NCBI GenBank assembly: GCA_964373805.1
Contig: CAYJWF010000004.1
Span: forward strand, 1,891-65,890
Direction: 5' to 3'
Source: an uncultured Planctomycetia bacterium
Lineage (GTDB): Bacteria; Omnitrophota; Gorgyraeia; 1-14-0-20-64-10
Length of the DNA: 64,000 nt
Shown: positions 25,619-32,955 of the stretch, one piece after another
Layout: every line of letters begins with the position of its first letter
Position numbering within the stretch: the first letter of the stretch is position 1
Made by a program: the position numbers and the translations under genes
The notes under the pieces: model-generated
The model's database searches: none
What the model saw: the letters and a program-made list of their open reading frames with translations, nothing else
What the model was told of the DNA's origin: nothing

Positions 25619-28606
25619 TCATGCACCATGACATCGTTTGTATTTCCTGCCACTGCCGCAGTAACAGGGATCGTTCCTTCCCACCTTGGGATGTTCCCGT
25701 CGAAATGGGTGGGAGCTCTCCCGCGCTTCGGCCATCGGACCGGCTCCCACTCCCGGAACAAACGGTTCGTCGGTCCCTTCACGAAACGATTCGGGGTTTA
25801 TCAACGAAGGCGTCGGAGTCGCCGCCTTCGGGGCTTCTGGATGAAGGAACTGTGTCGGCTCCAAAACCCGAGGCCTCGTCTCGGTCCGAACCGCTTGGAT
25901 CTTGAAGATAAGCTCCACGATCTCTTGTCGGACCGATTCCACCATCCGGGTGAACATCTGGTACGCCTCGTGCTGATACTCGACCAACGGATCCTGCTGG
26001 CCGTAGACCCGATAGCCGATCCCTTCCCGCAGGTGGTCCATGGCGTAGAGATGATCCTTCCACTTGGTGTCGATGACCTGAAGCATTACCCACTGCTCCA
26101 GCCGCCGCATCGACCCTTCCCCCAATACCGATTCTCGGGCCTCGTAGGCCTGATGGGCGGCGGTGAGGAGGCTCTGCGCCAGATCTTCTCTTCCTATACG
26201 TTTCTGGCTGCGCCAGCGGCCAGTCGAGGAAAGTCCCGCATCAGCGGGGCTCCCCAACTTCGCGAAGTCGGGGATCGCCACCGAAAACCGGCCTTGGATC
26301 GCCTCGGACAATCCGGAGAGATTCCACTCCTCCGGATCTTGATGAGACAGCGCATAAAGATCCAACAATCCCTGGATCGATTCCTCCACCATCTCGAGGA
26401 TCTTAGGCTTCAACTCTTTACCCTCCAAGACCGCCCGTCGCTCCCGGTAGATCACCTCCCGCTGGCGGTTCATCACGTTGTCGTACTCCAAGAGACGTTT
26501 CCGAATCTCGAAGTTGTGCGTCTCCACCCTCTTCTGGGCCGTCTCGATCGCCCTGGAGAGCCACGGGTGTTCGATCGCCTCCCCTTCGGGGATGGCCGCC
26601 TTGGTCCACTCGAGAAGTCGGTTCTCTCCGAAGATGCGGATCAAGTCGTCGTCCAGGGAAAGGTAGAATCGGCTAGAGCCAGGATCCCCTTGTCGGCCGG
26701 AGCGCCCGCGAAGCTGGTTATCGATCCGGCGGGACTCGTGCCGCTCGGTGCCGAGGACGTGCAGACCCTTCAAGCCTACCACCTGGGCATGTTCCGCCTC
26801 CACTTGGGTCTGCACCTTCGGTTCGATCTCCTTCAAAAGCTCGGCCTCGACTTCCTGTGAAAATTCAGGGACCATCTCCGCCGGAGGCGGGCCCTGCGCT
26901 TGCCCGCCCTCATTTTGGCGGGGGGACCCTCCCTGAGCGAGCTGGTCCTTTCGGCGTTTCAGCTCCGCGGCGATGAGGAATTGGGGATTCCCTCCCAAAA
27001 GGATATCGGTCCCCCGCCCCGCCATGTTGGTGGCGATGGTCACCGCCTTGAATCGCCCGGCCTGAGCGACGATCTGGGCCTCCTGCTCGTGGTATCGGGC
27101 GTTGAGGACGTGGTGCGGGATCTGGCGGCGTTTCAGAAGCTCGCTTAACCGTTCCGACTTCTCAATGGAAACGGTGCCCACCAGGACCGGCCGGCCTTCC
27201 CCGTGCAGCTGGGTGATCTCCTCTTCGATGGCTTGGAACTTTTCCCGTTCGGTCTTGTAGACCACATCCGCGTAGTTGGTTCGAATCAAAGTCCGGTTGG
27301 GGGGGACGGTGACCACCTCCAGACGATAGATCTGGTGGAACTCGGCCGCTTCGGTGGAGGCGGTGCCGGTCATCCCTGCCAGCTTATCGTACATGCGAAA
27401 GTAATTCTGGAAGGTGACCGTGGCCAAGGTCTGGTTTTCCCGTTCGATCCGAACCCCCTCCTTGGCCTCGATCGCCTGATGGAGCCCGTCCGACCAGCGA
27501 CGACCCGGCATGAGCCGGCCGGTAAATTCGTCGACGATCACCACCTGGCCGTCCTTGACCATGTAGTCGACGTCCCGCCGGTATAAGGTGTGGGCCCGGA
27601 GGGCCTGGTTGATGTGATGAACGAGGGTGATGTTGGTGTCCTCGTAGAGGTTGCCCACCTGGAGAAGCCCCTCGGCCTTCTTGACACCCTCCTCGGTTAA
27701 GATCGCCGAGTGGGCCTTCTCATCCACGGAGTAGTCCGCGCCCTTCGCCAGTTTCGGAACGATCCGATCGATCTTGAAATAAAGCTCGGTCGACTCCTCA
27801 GCCGGCCCGGAGATGATGAGGGGCGTTCTCGCCTCATCGATCAAGATCGAGTCGACCTCATCCACGATGGAATACGACAATCCCCTCTGGACGCATTCCT
27901 CCACGGAAACCACCATGTTGTCCCGAAGATAATCAAAGCCGAACTCGTTGTTCGTCCCGTAGGTGACGTCGCATGCGTAAGCGGCCTTACGATCCGAGGC
28001 ACCCATCTCGTGTTGAATCGCCCCGACGGTTAACCCTAAGCTTTCGTAGATCGGTCCCATCCAGTTCCGATCCCGTTTGGCGAGGTAGTCGTTCACCGTC
28101 ACCAGATGGACTCCGCGCCCCAAGAGGCCGTTTAAAAAGACGGCCAGGGTGGCCACCAGGGTCTTGCCCTCACCGGTAGCCATCTCGGCAATCTTTCCCT
28201 GATGGAGAACCATTCCTCCGATCAGCTGCACGTCGAAATGGCGCATGTTCACCGTCCGACGGGCCGCCTCGCGAACCAAGGCGAAGGCCTCTGGGAGAAT
28301 CTCCTCCATCGCCCGATTCTCGATCTTTAAGCGACGCTTCCGTTCCCCCTTCAGTGCGTCTTCGTCGTTGGGATCGATGGAATCGCCCAGTGGGACGGTG
28401 CCATCGGAATCGATTCCGCCTCCGAGTTGTGCGATCCGGGCCTTCAGACGTTGACGCAACGCCTCGGCCTTTTCCTTTAATTGGGAATCGCTTACATCCT
28501 TCACCGTCGGCTCCAGGGCGCTGATCCTTGCCACAACAGGCATCAGCCGCTTCAAGAACCGCTCGTTCTGCGAGCCGACCAGTTTATTGAGGAACCAGTT
28601 CAACAT
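25619..28606 (-). CDS. secA: preprotein translocase ATPase SecA
   Basis: DEAD-like motor motifs and C-terminal zinc-binding [14 protein letters not shown]; 995 aa; carries an in-frame R1 repeat in a variable C-terminal region. Confidence 0.95.
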   Translation of the reverse strand: MLNWFLNKLVGSQNERFLKRLMPVVARISALEPTVKDVSDSQLKEKAEALRQRLKARIAQLGGGIDSDGTVPLGDSIDPNDEDALKGERKRRLKIENRAMEEILPEAFALVREAARRTVNMRHFDVQLIGGMVLHQGKIAEMATGEGKTLVATLAVFLNGLLGRGVHLVTVNDYLAKRDRNWMGPIYESLGLTVGAIQHEMGASDRKAAYACDVTYGTNNEFGFDYLRDNMVVSVEECVQRGLSYSIVDEVDSILIDEARTPLIISGPAEESTELYFKIDRIVPKLAKGADYSVDEKAHSAILTEEGVKKAEGLLQVGNLYEDTNITLVHHINQALRAHTLYRRDVDYMVKDGQVVIVDEFTGRLMPGRRWSDGLHQAIEAKEGVRIERENQTLATVTFQNYFRMYDKLAGMTGTASTEAAEFHQIYRLEVVTVPPNRTLIRTNYADVVYKTEREKFQAIEEEITQLHGEGRPVLVGTVSIEKSERLSELLKRRQIPHHVLNARYHEQEAQIVAQAGRFKAVTIATNMAGRGTDILLGGNPQFLIAAELKRRKDQLAQGGSPRQNEGGQAQGPPPAEMVPEFSQEVEAELLKEIEPKVQTQVEAEHAQVVGLKGLHVLGTERHESRRIDNQLRGRSGRQGDPGSSRFYLSLDDDLIRIFGENRLLEWTKAAIPEGEAIEHPWLSRAIETAQKRVETHNFEIRKRLLEYDNVMNRQREVIYRERRAVLEGKELKPKILEMVEESIQGLLDLYALSHQDPEEWNLSGLSEAIQGRFSVAIPDFAKLGSPADAGLSSTGRWRSQKRIGREDLAQSLLTAAHQAYEARESVLGEGSMRRLEQWVMLQVIDTKWKDHLYAMDHLREGIGYRVYGQQDPLVEYQHEAYQMFTRMVESVRQEIVELIFKIQAVRTETRPRVLEPTQFLHPEAPKAATPTPSLINPESFREGTDEPFVPGVGAGPMAEARESSHPFRREHPKVGRNDPCYCGSGRKYKRCHGA
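26196..26265. repeat. R1 repeat element (RPE-like), copy in secA
   Basis: CTATACGTTTCTGGCTGCGCCAGCGGCCAGTCGAGGAAAGTCCCGCATCAGCGGGG...; same element at 8733-8800, 14712-14800 and partially at 17533-17600. Confidence 0.8.
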
Positions 28607-28640
28607 GAGCGTATAGCGGATAGCGTAGAGCGTATAGGAT
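28607..28640. repeat. heptamer tandem array (CGCTATA-like x4) immediately upstream of the secA start codon
   Basis: Plus strand GCGTATAGCGGATAGCGTAGAGCGTATAGG; mRNA sense CCUAUA CGCUCUA CGCUAUC CGCUAUA CGCUC-AUG; no obvious Shine-Dalgarno. Confidence 0.7.
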
Positions 28641-28976
28641 GAAGCATTCGATACAGCATACCGCCAACCTCCCTCATCAAGTCTTCAATAAAAGTACTCT
28701 TCTGGCTAAAGCCTAAATCGGTTGACAGGAGATACTGGGTCTCTAACTCGCATAGGGAACTGTAAGCAATGGACAAAAACTGTTTGTACTCTTTATTGGA
28801 TTGCCGCCCGTACCCTCAGCGACATTCGATGGAATGGCTACCGCTGACCTTCTCATCTGTTGCAATAAACCGTATTTCTCATCTTGAGGAAAGCCGTTGG
28901 TCAACTTATACAGCTCGATCACCAACCGATAAGACTTCTGCCACACGATCAAGTCCTTAAAGCTTTTAGTCTTCAC
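28620..28976 (-). pseudogene. four-helix-bundle protein (TIGR02436-like), frameshifted
   Basis: ORF 28743..28976 encodes the N-terminal two helices (WQKSYRLVIELYKLTNGFPQDEKYGLLQQMRRSAVAIPSNVAEG) and stops early. The expected C-terminal half (LETQYLLSTDLGF...MLYRML) is readable immediately downstream in another frame. Confidence 0.5.
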
Positions 28977-28989
28977 TATACGCCATCCG

Positions 28990-30064
28990 CTATCTCTTCT
29001 GGGCTTTCCACCGAAGATACGCGTCTAAAAATAGGTCCAGCTCCTCGCCGGCTAAGACCCCTTGCGTCTTGCCGGTCTCCACTCCGGTCCGGTGGTCCTT
29101 GACCATCTGGTACGGATGAAGCACGTACGATCGGATCTGTGAGCCCCATTCGATCTTTTGCTTCTCGGCGTACTGCTTGGCCAGGGCCTCTTCCCGAATC
29201 TTTCGCTCCAGCTCGCACAGCCGAGCGCGAAGGACCTTCATCGCGAAGGCCTTGTTCTTGTGCTGGGACCGTTCGTTTTGGCACTGGACCACGATGCCGG
29301 TCGGCAGGTGGGTGATCCGCACGGCGGAATCGGTGGTGTTCACCCCCTGTCCGCCGGGTCCGCTGGCTCGGTAGACATCGATCCGAAGATCCTTCTCCGG
29401 CAGATCGATCGGAAGGTCGTCCGCCACCTCCGGGATCACATCCACCGCGGCGAAAGAGGTGTGCCGCCTCTTGTTGGCATCGAACGGCGAGATCCGAACC
29501 AGGCGATGGACCCCGTTTTCTCCTTGAAGAAGACCAAAGGCGTAATCTCCCCGGAGGAGGAGCGTCACCGATTTGATCCCCGCCTCTTCCCCCACCAGAT
29601 AATCCAGCACCTCGGTCTCGAACCCTTTGGTCTGGGCCCATCGGCTGTACATCCGAAACAGCATCGAGACCCAGTCGCACGACTCCGTTCCGCCCGCGCC
29701 GGCGGTAATGGAGAGGATCCCGTTGTTGGCGTCGGACTCTCCTCGGAACAGGGTGCGTCGCTCGAGAAGGGCAACCTCTTTTCCTAAACTTGTGAGGGAT
29801 CGCTTGAGATCGGCTTGTGCCGCGGTGTCGTGCTCATCGATGAGGGGGGCCAATTCCTGAAGGGTCTCGGCCTCCCCCCAAGCTCTTTTCCAGTGCTCGA
29901 GGATGCCTTTGAATTTTTTAAGTTCCTGGATGGTGACCCCGGCCTTGGTTTGGGTATCCCAAAATCCGGGAGTCGCGATGGCCTGTTCGAGAACCTTTAT
30001 CCTGGACTCAACCTGGTCCAGGTCAAAGATACCTCCGCAGGTTTTGCAGGGTCTCTCGAAGGGA
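28990..30064 (-). CDS. prfB: peptide chain release factor 2, with programmed +1 frameshift
   Basis: Short 0-frame [26 protein letters not shown] ends at CTT TGA C preceded by the SD-like GGAGG (minus-strand sense, near 29982-29988). The +1 frame continues [10 protein letters not shown]... into the tracked ORF, which has the GGQ motif (GPGGQGVN). Confidence 0.9.
29982..29988 (-). promoter_or_regulatory. prfB: prfB programmed +1 ribosomal frameshift site (CUU UGA C) with upstream SD-like GGAGG
   Basis: Minus-strand sense GCGGAGGUAUCUUUGACCUGG; classic autoregulatory RF2 frameshift. Confidence 0.85.
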
Positions 30065-30168
30065 GGTCAGTTGATTCGCTAAGGCGGTATCCATTACGAA
30101 CGATGGCGCTGCTGTTGGTGGCGGTACCAGTAGGTCCAGGCGACTCCACATAAACCGATCACCAAAAG
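30064..30168 (-). CDS. tiny single-TM membrane protein B1 (34 aa), translationally coupled to prfB
   Basis: ATG preceded by AAGGAG at -8; encodes MNSIVGMYVVLLVIGLCGVAWTYWYRHQQQRHRS; its TAA overlaps the prfB ATG (TAATG); a paralog (B2) lies at 32076-32195. Confidence 0.5.
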
Positions 30169-30199
30169 GACCACATACATTCCAACGATCGAATTCATC

Positions 30200-30391
30200 T
30201 TAAGTCTCCTTCACCCCATCCAAGGCGTAACCCCACCAGAGAAAAACGCCAGCCACTGATCCACCTGCCAACAAGCCTATCACATTGAACCGATCCCCAG
30301 CAAGCAGATTCCCAACGCCCGTCGTGGCGAACAGAATCTTCCTGGGGTCGTAAAGACATCGAGCCAAGCTCTCTCGTTGTCGTTTAATCAC
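30200..30391 (-). CDS. small two-TM membrane protein A1 (63 aa)
   Basis: ...KILFATTGVGNLLAG...GLLAGGSVAGVFLWWGYALDG; a paralog (A2) lies at 32200-32409 with the same architecture and a similar AT-rich upstream motif. Confidence 0.5.
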   Translation of the reverse strand: MIKRQRESLARCLYDPRKILFATTGVGNLLAGDRFNVIGLLAGGSVAGVFLWWGYALDGVKET

Positions 30392-30463
30392 AACCCCAAG
30401 TCTAGGGGACTATACCTAATTGTCAATAAATTTTATTTATATACAATAAGTCAGAAAAGGGGG
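30392..30463 (-). promoter_or_regulatory. AT-rich promoter-like island upstream of cassette A1-B1-prfB with ATTGACAA motif
   Basis: Minus-strand sense ...AAATTTATTGACAATTAGGTATAGTCCCCTAGACT...; a similar ATTGACAA -35-like box recurs upstream of A2 (32410-32460) and of the ATPase at 13058-13130. Confidence 0.4.
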
Positions 30464-31810
30464 CTACGGCGCGCCATCGAGAACCAGCCTATTCCTCTGA
30501 GCCTCCTCCAGCCCCGCCGCCAGATCCGGCCCCTCCAATCCGGCCCGATCCATAAGGGGCTGCCGTAAGCTCGACTTCCAGCCCTCCTCCAGCCCGGCGG
30601 TGGTGCGCCACTCTTCGATCAACGGTCGAAACAACTCGTAGGAGATCGTGGGGAGATACATGGTAAACGCTCCGAAGGCTAACCCTTCCAAAGGCTGCTC
30701 CTCCGGGTTTTTCCGCGGGGGCCCTGCCTGTCTCCTTGGAAGTTTTCCCCCAAGGCACTGTCCCAAAAAGTAGAGGGCCAAATCCTCTTGAGTCGGAATC
30801 TTCCCTGCCGGCAAAGAGGTCCGACACGACTCGGCCAAATCTCTTAGTTGGGACTCAAAATGTTCGACGTAGCATCGCACAGCCTTCACAAGGATGCTGT
30901 TTCTAGGCTTCCTACCGAGAGAATCGAGCGCACTGGCAACGTGCCCAATAATTCTACGCGGCGAGTCTGTCCTTGATGCGTAAGCCGGATACGCCACTGC
31001 TAGGAGCGGAACATAGTCTTGCCAGGACAAGCCAGCCGGTTTTCTTCGATCATTCAAGAGCGTCCGGAAGACACTCACCACGGTCAACCTTTCAGGCGCA
31101 GGAGGGACATACTTCTGAAGGACCTCTAAACTCACCGGTTCACCGCTCACTTTATAGAAACGGGTCAGGGCATTGGCGGCGTAGGAGAAAGGAAGCCATT
31201 CCCCAGAAGTCAAAGAAACTCCGTTCTCATCCACCAGACGGCCCGCGTCCCTTAACAATCTCATCCGGTACCCAAGGGAATAGGGGGTAGGATTGTTAAG
31301 GAAATAGCGCAGAGCCTCGTGCGGTGTCGCAAAGGTCAATCCCTGTCGTAGCTCCGGAAGGTCAGGAGGCATCCCCCTTCTCCAAAGAATGAAAATCTTC
31401 TTTCCAGGAGGGGTCATGGCCTGCCGACGGGCGTTTTCTTGGTCGACCAGCTCTGGGAGGCGGTGCTTCCAGAGGGTCTCTTGGCTTACGTTAATGGATC
31501 TAGCAAACTCCCTCCGTTTCAGTTGATCTCCTGGGTGCTTCTGAACTCCCTCGATGATCCGTTGATGGGTGCGCTGCCATCGGGGGCCATGGGGTTTTCC
31601 ATCCTCTGCATCCGAATCGGACCCCAGGGCCTCCTCGAGGCCGGCCAGGTCCGGCCGCTGGCGCAGGAAAAACAGGGACGGTTCTTCAAAACACCTTTTG
31701 GTATAGGCGGTTGGGCCGGCACCGCCCCCATGGCCACAGACAGCCTGCGAGCAGGTCAATAGGGTGAGCGTCAACGTCCAAATGAACCGGCGCATGGCGT
31801 GTGAGATCAA
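30464..31810 (-). CDS. secreted hypothetical protein of the GLEE-motif family
   Basis: Signal peptide; AGLEE motifs; C-terminal ...AGLEGPDLAAGLEEAQRNRLVLDGAP; internal HTH-like stretch REFARSINVSQETLWKH. Confidence 0.45.
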   Translation of the reverse strand: MISHAMRRFIWTLTLTLLTCSQAVCGHGGGAGPTAYTKRCFEEPSLFFLRQRPDLAGLEEALGSDSDAEDGKPHGPRWQRTHQRIIEGVQKHPGDQLKRREFARSINVSQETLWKHRLPELVDQENARRQAMTPPGKKIFILWRRGMPPDLPELRQGLTFATPHEALRYFLNNPTPYSLGYRMRLLRDAGRLVDENGVSLTSGEWLPFSYAANALTRFYKVSGEPVSLEVLQKYVPPAPERLTVVSVFRTLLNDRRKPAGLSWQDYVPLLAVAYPAYASRTDSPRRIIGHVASALDSLGRKPRNSILVKAVRCYVEHFESQLRDLAESCRTSLPAGKIPTQEDLALYFLGQCLGGKLPRRQAGPPRKNPEEQPLEGLAFGAFTMYLPTISYELFRPLIEEWRTTAGLEEGWKSSLRQPLMDRAGLEGPDLAAGLEEAQRNRLVLDGAP

Positions 31811-31909
31811 GTATAGCAGATGAGAGGCTAACGGGCTAGAAGAATACTTGGGCTTGCTTACGACTAACTTAAGCGGTAAAGAGGTAAGAGTTTAGCGTAG
31901 CGAGAGAAA

Positions 31910-32040
31910 TAAGAGCCCGTTCGCCCTGAGCTTGGTCGAAGGGTGAACGGGTGGCGTTCGTGGTTCGACAGGCCTGCCCTGAGCAGCAATCCCAAAGGGG
32001 TCGAAGGGCTCACCACGAACGGCCCTTCTCTCTGTCTCGG
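31910..32040. repeat. R3 nested-hairpin repeat, largest copy
   Basis: CCGTTCGCCC-TGAGCTTGGTCGAA-GGGTGAACGG, then TTCGTGG-...GCCCTGAGCAGC...GGGGTCGAAGGGC...-CCACGAA. Confidence 0.7.
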
Positions 32041-32075
32041 AGAGCTGAACTCTTACAAACAAAGGGCGGAAGGAC

Positions 32076-32195
32076 TTTATCCCTTCGGGGACTTCTGATG
32101 CTGATGTCGGTGGCGGTACTGAGACCAGTAGGTGCAGGCAATCCCTACCAAGGCTATGACCGAGAGGAACAGATAGGTGGCTATCGCTGAATTCA
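32076..32195 (-). CDS. tiny single-TM membrane protein B2 (39 aa), paralog of B1
   Basis: MNSAIATYLFLSVIALVGIACTYWSQYRHRHQHQKSPKG; ATG 3 nt after the A2 stop; His/Gln/Arg-rich C-terminus like B1. Confidence 0.45.
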
Positions 32196-32199
32196 TCCT

Positions 32200-32409
32200 T
32201 TAACTTTTCCTCCCATCCAAGACGTAACCCCACCAGAACAATAGCCAGGCGTTGCTTGCTCCAAAACACAACGTTACCATATCGAAGTTTTTCCAAGCAA
32301 TAAAATTTCCGATCACCGCTGTGGCAAAAACAATCTTGCTCAAATCGTAAAAATACTTGGCTACGTTTTCCTGCTGTCGCTGGGTCACTGAATATTCCTC
32401 CTTACCCAA
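32200..32409 (-). CDS. small two-TM membrane protein A2 (69 aa), paralog of A1
   Basis: ...KIVFATAVIGNFIAWKNFDMVTLCFGASNAWLLFWWGYVLDG. Confidence 0.5.
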   Translation of the reverse strand: MGKEEYSVTQRQQENVAKYFYDLSKIVFATAVIGNFIAWKNFDMVTLCFGASNAWLLFWWGYVLDGRKS

Positions 32410-32451
32410 CCCAGCGTATCCGGAATTTATTATTTTGTCAATATATCTTAT

Positions 32452-32955
32452 TTAAATAAAACCTTCTTCTTTGAGGAGGCGGCGCTTGGCGGCGAGGCCC
32501 CCTTTGGCGGAGTACCCCCCTAAGGTCCCATCACTGGCGATCCCGCTTCGCGGGATTCTCCTTAAACGGTGCACCTTTCGGTGCACGAAAAACTTAGAGG
32601 AAACGACCCGGTGGCAGGGGATCTGAGGCGCCCAGCGGTTTCGTTTCAAGGCCTGCCCCACCGCCCGAGCCGCTTTCGGCTGGCCGATCTGTCTGGCCAC
32701 CCAGGCATAAGTTCGCACCTGCCCCTTGGGAATCTTCAGGATCGCCTCGTATACCTTCCGTTGAAACGGGGTACACTTCTTCCACCACTCCTGCCGATCG
32801 ATCCCATCTCGAATGGGGTCGAAGGGTCGAATCACTACAAGGGGCAGATCCCCACGGGTGATCATCATCGGCTGCCTGTGTCTTGCCACTTCATCCATTA
32901 CCCTATCGAAGTTCCTCTCAGTGAACCTTTCTGATATCTTCTTCACTTTTATCAC
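32452..32955 (-). CDS. ogt: methylated-DNA-protein-cysteine methyltransferase (MGMT/Ogt-like), with a 23-aa insertion in the active-site loop
   Basis: Conserved MGMT C-domain (TPFQRKVYEAI...TYAWVA...PCHRVV ... DGTLGGY). PCHRVV and DGTLGGY are separated by 23 extra residues encoded by two GAA(A)-loop hairpins in the DNA. Confidence 0.7.
   Translation of the reverse strand: MIKVKKISERFTERNFDRVMDEVARHRQPMMITRGDLPLVVIRPFDPIRDGIDRQEWWKKCTPFQRKVYEAILKIPKGQVRTYAWVARQIGQPKAARAVGQALKRNRWAPQIPCHRVVSSKFFVHRKVHRLRRIPRSGIASDGTLGGYSAKGGLAAKRRLLKEEGFI

Noticed and set aside
25628-26860. 410-aa plus-strand ORF inside secA
   Set aside because: Antisense of secA; Arg/Pro/Leu-rich composition without motifs.
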